Shown here piece after piece: positions 52,296 through 64,000 of a stretch of DNA of 64,000 bases. The stretch lies in NCBI RefSeq assembly GCF_009914755.1, contig NC_060947.1, one strand, 5' to 3'. Position 1 is the first letter of the stretch, and the number at the start of each line of letters is the position of its first letter. The DNA comes from the human T2T-CHM13v2.0 reference genome, Homo sapiens. Both the position numbers and the translations under genes were made by a program. The notes beneath the pieces are model-generated. The model was not told where the DNA came from. It saw nothing but the letters and a program-made list of their open reading frames with translations, and searched no databases.

Positions 52296-54029
52296 TTTTG
52301 TGGGGAAGGGGAGAAATTAAACCTTATTTATTTTAAAAACCAAACAACTAGGAAAATATATCACTGCCTGGAAACAGTGAACAGACAGGCTATATTATCA
52401 TTTCAAGAAATAACCTGGTAAAACTGCAATGAAGTTGCTATCAAAACAATCAGGTGCCATGCTAGGGCATGAACACTGTGTGTTGCAAAGGCCCCAGGCA
52501 AAAATGGTCTTTGGTAATCGGGGACTGCCCCTCCTTTGCTACAGCTTATCTTAGCCCAAGTTGCTTACTTTCTCTTCCTTGAACTTCCTGTGGTCAGGGG
52601 TTTGTCTCAATTGGGCTCTGTTCATTCAGGGGCTATGTAAGCAATGCTGGATTTAGGCTTTCATTGCATTCTGTTCTATGAAAACCAGGTTTTTCCAAAT
52701 CCACTACTTCACAACTCTCTTATAATCAACCAAGTAGCCAGCAACTCCTTCTTTCCTGCTCATTCCTGGATACTGGTATACATCACAACCAAAACCTCCT
52801 TTTCTTCCAGGGGAAAATGTGAGGGGAAGATCGTCCTGTCATTCTTCAGCAGACAGCCTCAGGGCCCATCGGCCAATAAGAGGGAAGCTCTGTTTCCCAT
52901 AATTAGTGTGATGTCACTGCTCATGTTTTTGTGTGGTCCCCAGGCTGAAAGATGCAGTGTGTAAGAATTTTAAGAAGTGCACATCCACACCTTGATGGCC
53001 AGAAGAGGGTATCCACAAGGAACCTTTCAAACTTCTTATCTAAACTACTCTCCCTCCCAATTGCACATCTTAAAATCAACTTTATGCCCTTGAGTAAATA
53101 ATTTTAAAAACCAAGGAAACAAAGACCCTGAAAACTCTTTTCCTCTTCCAAGTTAGTGTCCTCATGGATTTTGTTGCCCAGCTTCTGGAAAATGGTGTGG
53201 TGATGCCTCTGGGAAACAGGAGGTTGGCAACGAACAGAAACAGCTCTCCTCAAACTCCACCGAATCTGCCCTACCAGCCTGGTGGGCCCTGTGGAGGAAG
53301 AAGAATTTGGTCCTGCAGAGGGGTCTGGCTTGTGACAAGGGAGATCCCTACTGCCAGGACGAGCCCTGGCCACAGAAAATATCGACTTGAAAATATTTTC
53401 CTGTAATATCTCTGACCCAAATTTTAGCACCGTTTTTTTCCATTTCACTTTTTAGGATTGAACCAGTTTCCAGAGGCAAGTGGCATATGCCTTACACTTG
53501 GTGCCATCCTTAATTTCTTCATTCATGAACTTGGCTTAAAAGATTAAACTTCCCATTCCTTTTAAAAATATATTTTTGCACTCAGCCCCCATGGCCACTG
53601 GCAAAGACTTTTATTTCCCAGTGGATAAGAGAGACACCTTCCTTGCCTTGCTCATGGTCTGGATGAGGTGCGTGTGGCCATCCACACCCTTGGTCACACA
53701 ATCTTCCAGTGGCTGCTTCACCTGCAGCTCCTTCCTCCCTGCATCTGTTGAATCTTTGGCTTTGTCATTGCAATGCATGGTACACCCGGTCAGGCAGTCC
53801 TGGAACTTCTCCAGCTAGCTGGTCCCCAAGGCTTGGGCTTGAGCCAGAGGCGCATGCCAGCACTCAATGCACCGGTGCACCTGCTGCATGTGCACAACAG
53901 CTGGTGCTGCACCAGAACATGAGGCCCTGCAGCTTCCGGATGGTCTATCTCTCCAGACTCTTCACCATGGAGTCCACCTCCTGCACCTGCAGCTGCTGCA
54001 CCTCCACTACGACGAGTCTGCACTGCCCC
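52296..54029 (-). pseudogene. FAM136A processed pseudogene (CDS remnant ~54010-53611, 3'UTR and decayed poly-A)
   Basis: The minus strand reads VEVQQLQVQEVDSMVKSLER*TIRKLQGLMFWCSTSCC/HMQQVHRCIECWHAPLAQAQALGTS*LEKFQDCLTGCTMHCNDKAKDSTDAGRKELQVKQPLEDCVTKGVDGHTHLI...LLSTGK*, collinear with FAM136A and intronless. The ATG is lost, there are stops at 53945-53947 and 53815-53817, and a frameshifting deletion. AATAAA at 52332-52327. It may be the locus named FAM136GP (recalled, unverified). Confidence 0.93.
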
Positions 54030-57000
54030 CCTATTTCTTACTATCTTCCTGTGTTCCATGCCCACACATGATCTGCCTCTGCCCATCTCCTTCTGTCTTC
54101 CTGAGGTCTCTGCTGACACATGACCTGGGTATGCTCATCTCTTTCTTTATTTCTGTGTTCCAAATCCCATATGTTCTGTAATTGTCCTTCAGTTAGTCAC
54201 TTTCAGTGATCCATACCCACACATGATCTACTCTACCCATCTCTTACTGCCTTCCTCACATTCATAGCACACATGATCTAGGTCTGCTAATCTCTTTCTG
54301 TCTGTCTGTGTACCATATCCACACATATTCTGCCATTTCCTATCATCAGTTACTGGATTCCTGTGCTCCATACCCACACATGATCTGACTCTGCCCGTCT
54401 CCTTCTGTCTTTCTGAGCCTCATACCCACATATGACCTGGTTCTGCCCATTTGCCTGGGCCTTCCTGAGCCTCACACCCACTGATGATCTGTATCTTGTC
54501 ACCTCTTCCTGTCTTCCTGAGCCTCACACCCACACATGATCTGCCTCTGATCACCTCTGTCTGTTTTCTATGCCTCCCCCACACACGTGATCTGTGATTT
54601 CCTATCAGTTAATACTTTCCTGTGTTCCATACCCACACATGATCTGGCTCTGCTCATCACATTCATTCTTCCTGAGGTCCATACTCATACATGAAGGGAC
54701 ACTTTTACTGTCTTTCTGACATTCATACCCACACACGACCTGCCTCTTTCCATTGCTTACTGACTCCCTCATAGTCATACTCACACATTATATGATTCTG
54801 CCCATCTCCCACTATCTCCCTGGAATTCACACCCAAACATGATCTGCCTCTGCCCATCTCTTACCTTCTTTCTGACATTCATATGCACACATGATGTTTT
54901 GCCCATCTGCCCATCTCTTACTGTCTTCGTGTCACTCATACCCACACATGATCTGCCTCTGCCCATCTCTTGCTGGCATCCTGACATTGATACCCAACAT
55001 ACCTGTCTCTGCCCATCTCTTTCTTCCTGACATTCATACACACACATGATCTGCCTCTGCCCATCTCTTACTGTGTTCATGACATTCGTACTTGCACATG
55101 ATCAATTTTGCCCATCTCTTCCAGTCTTCCTGACATATATCCTCGCATATGATCTGCCTTTCCCCATCTTTTACTGTCTGCTTGACATTCCTCCCCGCAC
55201 ATGATTTGCCTCTATCTTTGCTGTCTTTCTGAAGTTCATACTCACACATGATCTGACTCTGCTCATCTCTTACTGTCTTCCTGGAATTCATACCCACAGA
55301 TGCTCTGCCTCTGTTTATTTCTGACTGTCTTTCTGACATTCATATTTACAAATAATCTGCATTTTCCAGTCTCTTACTATATTCCTAAACATTCATACCC
55401 ACACATGATCTGCCCCTGCCCATGTTTTACTGTCTTCCTGACAGTCATACCCATACATGATCTTCCTCTGCCCATATCTTGTTGTCTTTTTGACATTTAT
55501 ACACACACATGATATGACTCTGTGCATTTTTTGTCTTCCTGAGACTCATTTCCACACAGGATCTGGCTATGTTCATAAGTGTCAGTCATACTGTGTCATA
55601 TGCACACATAATCTCTCCCTACCCATGTTTTTCAGTTTTCCTGTCATCCATACCCATCTATTACTTGGCTATCTCCATCTTTTTCATACTTTCTCTGTTC
55701 CATTCTCTGATACGATTTTTCACTTGTCTTCACTTTGTCTTCCTGTGACCCATTCCCACAAAAGATCTGGTTCTTCGCTACAAATTCTGTCTTCCTGAAA
55801 CGCACACCCACTTATTGCCTGGCACTGCTGATTTCCTACTGTCTTCCTAAGATTCCTACCTACACAAGAAGGGGCTATGCCCATTCCATTCTTGTTTGTT
55901 TCTTTCATACTCACACGTGATCTGCCTTTGCCCATCTCTTATGTCTTCCTGACATTCATAATACACATTATCTGCCTCTGACCATCTCTGTCTTCCTGAC
56001 ATTCATACTCACACTTTATCTGCCTCTGCTCATCTTTTACTGTTATCATTCATATCACACATAATGTGCCAGGCATATCTTTTACTGTCTTCCTGAGGCT
56101 CTTGCCACACCTGATCTACCTCTGCTTATCTCTTACTGTCCTGATGTTCATAGCCACACATTATCTGCCTCTGCCCATCTACACCTGATCTACGTCTGCT
56201 TATCTCTTACTGTCCTGACGTTCATAGCCACACATTATCTGCCTCTACCCATCTCTTACTGCCCTTCTGATATTCATTCCTACATGTGACCCGCCTCTGC
56301 CCATCTCTGTTTTCCTGACATTCACAGCCACACATGATATGTCTTGTCCTACTCTTACTGTCATCCTGACCTTCATACCAAAGGTGATCTGCCTCTCCAC
56401 TTCTTACTATCTTCCTGACATTCACACCACACGTGACGTGCTAGGCTTATCTTTTACTGTCGTCCTGACATTCATACCACACCTGATCTGCCTCTGCCCA
56501 TATCTTACTGTCTTTTTGACATTCACACCAACACATGATCTACCTCTGCCAATGCCTTTCTGCATAATTGACATTCATAACCACACATGATCTGCTCTAC
56601 CCACCACTTACTTGCTCCCTGACATTGATACCACATTGATCTGCCTCTGCCCATCTGTTACTGTCATCCTGACATTCATACCACACATGACCTGCCTCTG
56701 CCCATCTCTAACCGGTTTTGTGAGACTCATACTCACACATGATCTGTCTCTGTCCATGCCTTACTGTCTTCCTGACATTCACATCCAAAGATGATTTGCC
56801 ACTCTCCATGTCTTACTGTTTTCCTGAGATTCATACCCACTCATTATCTGCTCTGCCCATCGCTTCCTGTCTTCCTGACATTCATACCACACATGATCTT
56901 CCTGTGCCCACCTCTTATTGTCTTCCCGACTTTCATACCCACACATGATCTGCCTCTGCCCATTTCTTACTGTCTTCCTGACACTCATGCCACACATGAT

Positions 57001-59700
57001 CTGCCTGTACCCATCTGTCACTGTCTTTTTGACACTAATACTCACACACGATCTGCCTCTGCCCATGTTTTATTGTCTTCCTGACATTCATAACCACACA
57101 AGATCTGCCCCTGCCCATCGCTTACTGTCTTCCTGAAATTCATATCACACATGGTCTGCCTGTGGCGGTGTCTTACTTTCTTTCTGACATTCATGCTACA
57201 CATGACATGCCCCTGCCCATCTCTTCCTGTCTTTTTTTACATTCATACACACACACGATCTGCTCTGCCCATCTCTTAGTCTCTTTCTGACTTTCATACC
57301 ACACATGATCTGCCTCTGCCCATGTCTTATTGTCTTCCTGACATTCATATTCACACAGGATGTGCCTCTGCCCATCTCTTACCTTCTTTCTGACATTCAT
57401 ATGCCCACATGATGTTTTGCCCATCTCTTCCTGTCTTCCTGACATCCATACCACACATGATCTGCCTCTGCCTATCTCTCTCTGGTTTTCTGACATTCAT
57501 ACCACACATGACCTGTATCTTGCCATCCCTTGCTGTCCTCCTGACACTCATACACACACATAATCTGCTTCTGCCCAGCTCTTATGGTCTTTCTGACATT
57601 CATAAATATACATGACCTGCCTTTGCAAATTCTTTACTGTCTTCCTGACATTCATAACTACGCATGATCTGTCTCTGTCCATTTATTACCATCTTTCTGA
57701 CACTCATACCCACGCATGATCTGCTGTGCCCATCTCTTCCTGTCTTCCTGTCATTGATACCACACATTATCTGCCTCTATCTCTTACTTTCTTCCTGACA
57801 TTCATACCCACACATGATCTGTCTCTGGCCATCTCTTACTGTTTTTGTGTCATTCATACCCACACGTGATCTGTCTCTGCCCATCTCTATTTTCATGACA
57901 TTCAGACCACACGTGATATGCCACTGCCCATCTCTTACTGTCTTTGTGACATTCAGACCACACATAATCTGCATTTACCGGTCTCTTACTGTCTTCCTGA
58001 CACATATACTCACATATGATCTTCTCTGCCCACCACTTCCTTCCTTCCTAACATTGACACCACACACGATCTGCCTCTGCCCATCTCTTACAGTCTTCCT
58101 GACATTCATACCCATGCATGATCTGTCTCTGCCCATCTATTACCATATTTTTGACATTCATACCCACACATGATCTGCTCTACCCATCTCTTCCTGTCTT
58201 CCTGACATTGATATCACACATGATCTGCCTCTACCCATCTCTTACTGTCTTCCTGACATATATACTCACATATGATCTGCTCTGCCCATCACTTCCTTTC
58301 TCACATTGATACCACACATGATCTGCCTCTACCCATCGCTTACTGCTTCCTGACTTGCATACCACACATGATCTGCCTCCACCCATTTCTTACTGTCTTC
58401 TTGACATATATACTCACATATGATCTGCTCTTCCCATCGCTTACTGTCTTTCTGACATTCACGCACACACGTCTGCCCCTGCCCTTCACTTACTGTCTTA
58501 TTTTCCTTCATACCCACCCGTAATCTGCATCTGTCCATATCTTACTCTCTTCCTGATACTCATAACAACACATTATCTGCTCTGCCCACCTATTACTGCC
58601 TTCCTTACATGCATCCCCACACATGCTCTGCCTCTACACATCTATTACTGCTTTTCTGACATTCATAGCAACACATGCTTTGAGGCTGTTCTGCTCTTAC
58701 TGCCTTCCTGATATTCATGCTCACACATGATCTGCATCTGTCCATCTTATACTGTCTTCTTGACATTCATATGCACACATGGTGTGCCTCTATCCATCTT
58801 TTGCTGTCTTCCTGCCATTCATACTTACACATGATCATCCTCTGCCCATCTCTTCCTGTCTTCTTGACATATATCCCCGCAGATGATTTGCCTTTACCCA
58901 TCTTTTACTGTCTTCCTGACATTCATCCTTATACATGATATCCCTCTGTTCATTCTTTGCTGTCTGCCTGACATTCATACCCACACATGATCTGCCTCAG
59001 TTCATCTCTTACTGACTTCCTGACATTCATAGCCAGACATGTTTTGACTCTGTCCATTTCTTACTGTATTCTTGACATTCATACCCACACATGAGCTGCC
59101 TTCTCCCATCTCTTACTGCCCACCTGACATTCATACTCACTTGATCTGCCTCTTCCCATCTCTTTCTGTCTTCCTGACATTCATACTCACATATGATCTC
59201 CATCTCCTCATCTCTTACTGTGTTCCTAACATTTATGCCCACACATGATCTTTGTCTGTCCATGTCTTACTGTCTTCCTGAAATTCCTACCCACACATAT
59301 TTTTACTGTCCATCTCTTACTGTCTTCCTGACATTCATACCACACATAATCTGTTTCTGCCTATCTCTTACTGTCTTCCTGACCTTCATACCCACACATG
59401 ATTTGCTTCTTCCAATCCTATTGTCTTCCTGACATTCATACCCACACATGATCTGCCTCTGCCCATGTCTTACTGTCTTTCTGACATTCGTACCCACACA
59501 TGATGTGGCTCTGACCATCTCTTCCTGTCTTCCTTTCATTGGTACTCACACAGGATCTGCCCCCCCACCCCCCTTCTCTTCTGTCTTTCTGTGCTCCATC
59601 CTCACACCTCTTCTGCTCCTGTCCGTGTCTTTCTGTTTTAGTAGGGTCCATATCTACCCGTGATGTGTTTCCTTCCCTTCTCTCGTTGTCTTACTTGATT
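54030..59700 (+). repeat. 51/52-bp tandem array, right arm, ~105-110 units
   Basis: Consensus CCCACACATGATCTGCCTCTGCCCATCTCTTACTGTCTTCCTGACATTCATA. Example: CCATCT at 58081 and 58133 gives a period of 52. Confidence 0.96.
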
Positions 59701-59949
59701 CTGACCCTTACTGAATATTCGACCCATCCTTCTCCTCTCGGCCACTCTTGTGAAGCTGCCCTGGCCATTTCTCCAAGGCTTCCGCATGTCCAGCTTCCTC
59801 CTGAATTCAGGCCTCGCCTTGCAGTGGCTCTTCCTGGGTTTCTCTGTTCCCAGGTGTTGGGGCTTCTTCCTCTTTGAACAATTCATGTCTCAGTTCCAAT
59901 GTGGCCTCTCAGAGAAGTCTTCTGTGACTGTCCTTCTTGGCACGTCCTC

Positions 59950-61520
59950 CCTTCCTTGTCATCCCCTTTCACACGCCTTCGGAAAGAATTTTGTTCATTT
60001 CTGTTTTCCCTCCCCTTGCTGACCAGAAGGTCAAGGTCAAGGCCTGGTGTGTGCGGCTGCCTGGTGTGTGCGGCTGCCCGCTCTGTCCCCGCCTCTCTCT
60101 GTCCCCGCCTCACGATTGTGCATGGCGCCCTGGAGGTGCTCAGTGAGGATGTGTTCAATGAAGAAGTGAATTCTAGGAGTCAAGACACAGCTCAGCAGGA
60201 GTGGCCATGCACGCTGAAATTCACGGGACCCCAAGGCAGAGGAAAGCTGGGAGGAGCCAGTGGATTTGGACTGCAGAAAGCCGGTGGTCGGCTGTGGCTA
60301 ACTGCGCTTGCAGGACCCACGAGGCGGAAGGTGGTGGAAGGAGGGACTGGGGGGTGGGTTCAGGGAGGAAAAGAAACGTGAGAATTTGAGTGGCTGGAGA
60401 AGAAAACATGCGGCCGCAAGCGTGTGAGGCAAGCCTCGGGCCAGGGGCTTGGCTGTCCTTCGTGGTGGGCTGGTCCTGCTGTCGTGTTGCCATCGGGGGT
60501 GGGAGCTGGGGCTCCTGGCCTGTAGACAGGGCTTGGCTTCAGGCACCAGGAGCCGCTGTCTACACGTAAGAGAGGCGCGAAGAGCTCAGGTTGGAAGGGG
60601 GTTGTTTAGAGGACACCGTGCCCCGAGGCAGGTTGAGAGGCAGGAGGACTGCTCAGGTGGGATTCGCGGGTGAGGGCCGGGGGCTCAGTGAGAGGGCTGG
60701 GGAGCTTGATCTCCTGGTGCAGCGGCGGGGCTGGAGAGGGCAGTGAAAATGGAGACCATCAGAGATAGCCCTTGGGCCACGGGGCCGGGGTCCAACAGCA
60801 GTTGGCGTCATTTTGCAGGGGGAGGAGTCGTGGAGCCTGGAGGGGAGGTGCAGAGGCTTCTCAAGCTGTCCACGGGGGGTGCCAGGGTCAGGGGGCCACA
60901 GAGAGCAGAGGCCCAGCACTGGAAGCCAGGGAGGCGGGAGTCCAGGACAGGGTGCCCCTTGGGTGAAGGCAACACACAGACTCCCGTACCAACACGTGCG
61001 CGGGTCACCAAACCCACACCAAGTCAGAAATTCCAGTGCACGCAGACGGTCTACCAGTTCCTGCTGGGGGCCTGCGGAGGGCCCATGGGCGCCGCCTGTT
61101 CTCAGGACTGGCTCCCGCTGGCTTGGCCCTGTCCACGGAGGCCCCTCCATGGCGCTTTCCATGCCTCTCCTTTCGGGGACCCTCCTCTGTCCAAGAGCCT
61201 CAGAGCCTTTCGGAAAAGGGTTGGAGAGGGAAAGACCTGCCCAAAGCACTCAGGGCTGGGCCCCCCTCCTCTACCACCTCTGCCTGTGTGGCTTTGTCAC
61301 AGGGCTCAGGCAATCCGAGTCTGTTTTCTGCTTGGTCCAACGAGGATCACCCCTCCCCCAAGGGTTGTGACAGTTCAGAGAGATCAAGATGGGAAAGCAT
61401 CTTGTCCCAAAGGGTGCCCACCCTGTCCCTGCTTGCCTTCTTGCCTTTCCCACACCCAGGCCCCACTGCTTCCTTTTCTACAGCCTGGCCACAGCTCACC
61501 CCACCACACGCAGTGAAACT
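59950..61520. promoter_or_regulatory. GC-rich, moderately CpG-rich block; candidate cis-regulatory element
   Basis: Abrupt rise in GC and CpG relative to the flanks, with no recognised repeat. Function is not shown by the sequence. Confidence 0.4.
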
Positions 61521-62499
61521 GCAGCCCCAGGAAGCCTTACTATTAAGGAAGACTTTCAATTCCTTCTTCAAATTCTTTTGAGCTTGGGTGTTGGAGTCAC
61601 TAGCTATGGGTTCTGGGTGTCTGTTTCTCTATCTATAAAGTGAGGCTGGGAGGATCTCATACATTGGTATGGACTATGTTCACATAGTGTCCTGGGTTAG
61701 AGTATCACTTTTTACTGACTGTGAAAACAGCTGAATTATTGGACTCTTTCTCCATTTTGCTCACTCCATTCCTGGGGAAATGGATGGGATTTTTTTCTGA
61801 TCAGTAAATTTGGGAACAGTAGATTAGGCAATAATCTGTCCAGGTCCATCTTCTGCTTCTGGGGTTTCTGGGTGGGTGAGCCTGGCTAATACCGGAATCC
61901 TCTTGCAGACCTCTTGCACTCTCATGTTCAACTGCATCCTCTAGTGGGAGAAAGATGATATTTTAGCCTCCATCTTTACTCTTTTATTTCTCAACTTTTT
62001 AGGACCTGGGGGGCAAAGAAAAGAGGGATGATATTTATTGCAGCCCCCTTGGAAAGTAGGTGTCTAATCTCTCTCTCGCTCTTTCTCTCTCTCTCTCTCA
62101 TACACACACACACACTCACACATAGAGTCAGTCATCAGATTCTGTTGCCTCCTTCTCCAAAACACAGCTGATTCTGTCCATCCCTTTTGTCTTCATCTCT
62201 TGCTGCATCATTTTACAGACATTAGCTACCCACATTTAGGGTCAATAATGGCTATCTTCTCCAGGTTGTTATGCGCCATGAATCTAAAATAACTTTTATG
62301 TAACCTGAATACATAATCATAATAGTGTCCCTCAGATCTCTAATATGACTCTTTCCTACCTGGCTAAACTCATTTCCTACTTATTCTGACCCACACACTT
62401 TGTGCCAGCCAACTTATCTTTATACTGTTTCGATTTTCTGAACACAGACCTTCCTCTCACCTCAAAACCATTTGAAATAGATAAAGCAGCTCTTTTCTC

Positions 62500-62954
62500 T
62501 TGTATACTAAAGATACCTCCAATGATCCCTGCTCCCTGGTTTCTGTACCCTTGTGCAATCCTCTCCCATTCAGTGTAACTTGGACTTACTGAATCCCCTT
62601 AAGGACAGACGTGATGAGATGTCAATTCTGCAATTAGATTTTAAATGCTATGGGCTCTGTCTTAGACATTTTTTCAAATAGCTTGCTCTAGAGGAAGTCA
62701 GCTGCCATGTCATGTGGCATCCCAAGAGTTGCACATGCAAGGTCCAAGGTTGGCCTGCAACTTTGCAGGTGAGCTTGGAAGTGGATTCCTACCCCATCAC
62801 CCACTGAACTTTCAGATGAGATCTCAACCAGCTTGACTGATACCTCAGGAGAGATCCTGAGCCAGAACCACCTGTCTAAGTTGGGGTTGGGCTCCTGACC
62901 CATAGAAACTGGGAGATAATCAATGTTGTTCTGCAGCAATACATAACTAAAACA
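62500..62954 (+). mobile_element. MLT1-type MaLR LTR
   Basis: CCAATGATCCCTGCTCCCTGG...GAAGTCAGCTGCCATGT...GAGCTTGGAAGTGGATTC...GCAGCAATACATAACTAAAACA terminus. Confidence 0.75.
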
Positions 62955-63204
62955 ATGACTTCCTGCTTTTTCTGTCTTTTTTTTTTCAGGGTTTTGCTCT
63001 GTCACACAGGCTGTAGTACCACATGGGTGTCATCATTGAGAAGTATTTATTGAGTGATGATTACTGTTTTTTAATGTTGCATCTTCTTTTATTAATTTAT
63101 GTCTCAACATATTTCATAAGTGAGCCTGGCTGCTTGTGAAATCAATAGCAATGCTTCCGTTAGAAAAAGTGCAGGTACACAAGAAATGACTGGTCAGAAA
63201 TGTG

Positions 63205-63457
63205 ATCTGCAGTGGCACGATCACAGCTCACTGCAGCCTCCTCCTCCCTGGGCTCAGGTGATCCTCCCCCCTCAGCCTCCCAAGTTGCTGAGACTACAAG
63301 TGTGTGCCACCATGCCTGGCTAATTTTTGTACTTTTTGTAGAGATAGGGTCTAGCCTGGGTTCCCCAGGCTGGTCTTGAACTCTTAGGCTCAAGTGACCC
63401 TCCTGCCTTGGCCTCCCAAAGTGCTGGGATTACGGGAAAGAGCCACTACACCTGGCC
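63205..63457 (-). mobile_element. Alu (AluJ-like), partial
   Basis: GCAGTGGCACGATCACAGCTCACTGCAGCC...CCAAAGTGCTGGGATTAC...CCTGGCC. Confidence 0.9.
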
Positions 63458-64000
63458 TCCTGCCTTGTTTCTAAAGACAAAAAATGTGTTGGATTACTAA
63501 TCTCTTTTCCCCAAATCTCACTGCCAAGTTGTCCTCCCTTTGATTTCCTCTCTCCACTGGTAATAACCATAGAATCTGATGGAAAGCTGTCTGTTGCTTA
63601 TAAGTGCACAGGAAATTCTTGATGGCTGGTTTTTGATTAAAGTCCTAATCTGTTAAATCTGAACTCTGGAAATCTTTGCAGAAAGTCCCAGTGAGATTTT
63701 GAAGGAGTGAATACACTTTCCTCAAAGTGAAAATATGCAAAGTTCCTTCTTGGTGTGTGAAACGTTTGATATGCGCAACCTGCTCTGGTAGTTATTTTTA
63801 GATCTTCTCTGTTGTGGAGTGCCTGGGTCTTGTTTTCACTTGTCTTTTGGTGTTTGTGTGTGACTGAATGAGGTCAATTCCAAGGAAGAATAAGGAGTTG
63901 CTGAATATGCTTTAGGGGGCAGTTATGGATATTTAGATTTATTTCTTTTCCCCCCTTTTGTTCTTAAAAAATTGGTTTTTGCTGTTTACTTTCTCTATAC

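Noticed and set aside
50151-59663. Many short Cys/His-rich ORFs (MICLCPSLTVFLTFIPTHDLPLP...) resembling a repeat protein or zinc-finger array
   Set aside because: The 52-bp unit is not a multiple of 3, frames shift and stop constantly, and there is no C2H2 spacing or TGEKP linker.
54030-59700. CRISPR-like or C/D-box snoRNA-like array (ATGATCT...CTGA in each unit)
   Set aside because: There are no unique spacers and the context is eukaryotic. The C-box match has two mismatches to RUGAUGA, the C-D distance is only ~30 nt with no terminal stem, and CTGA is missing from many left-arm units.
60653-61581. Overlapping 180-257 aa ORFs on both strands
   Set aside because: Expected in GC-rich, stop-poor sequence. 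No recognisable domain, and several frames are open at once.

Overview
Mammalian (almost certainly human Xp22.13) genomic DNA. The + strand carries the 3' half of NHS: a 63-nt cassette exon, a candidate internal first exon, five further coding exons including a 2982-nt exon, and a ~3.5-kb 3'UTR. About 1.5 kb later the complete SCML1 gene begins (CpG-island promoter, non-coding exon 1, seven coding exons that splice to a 329-aa SAM-domain protein). The distal 24 kb holds no intact protein-coding gene. It contains Alu, L1 and MLT1 remnants and a ~9.6-kb degenerate 51/52-bp tandem array (~150 units) interrupted by a full-length FAM136A processed pseudogene and flanked by a GC/CpG-rich block. The least explained structures are this 52-bp array, a five-unit ~190-bp hairpin-bearing array in SCML1 intron 1, and a 3x42-bp GC-box/E2F repeat in the SCML1 promoter. 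Gene identities come from recognising the translated sequence. Repeat subfamily names are by eye and approximate. No database search or folding was run.
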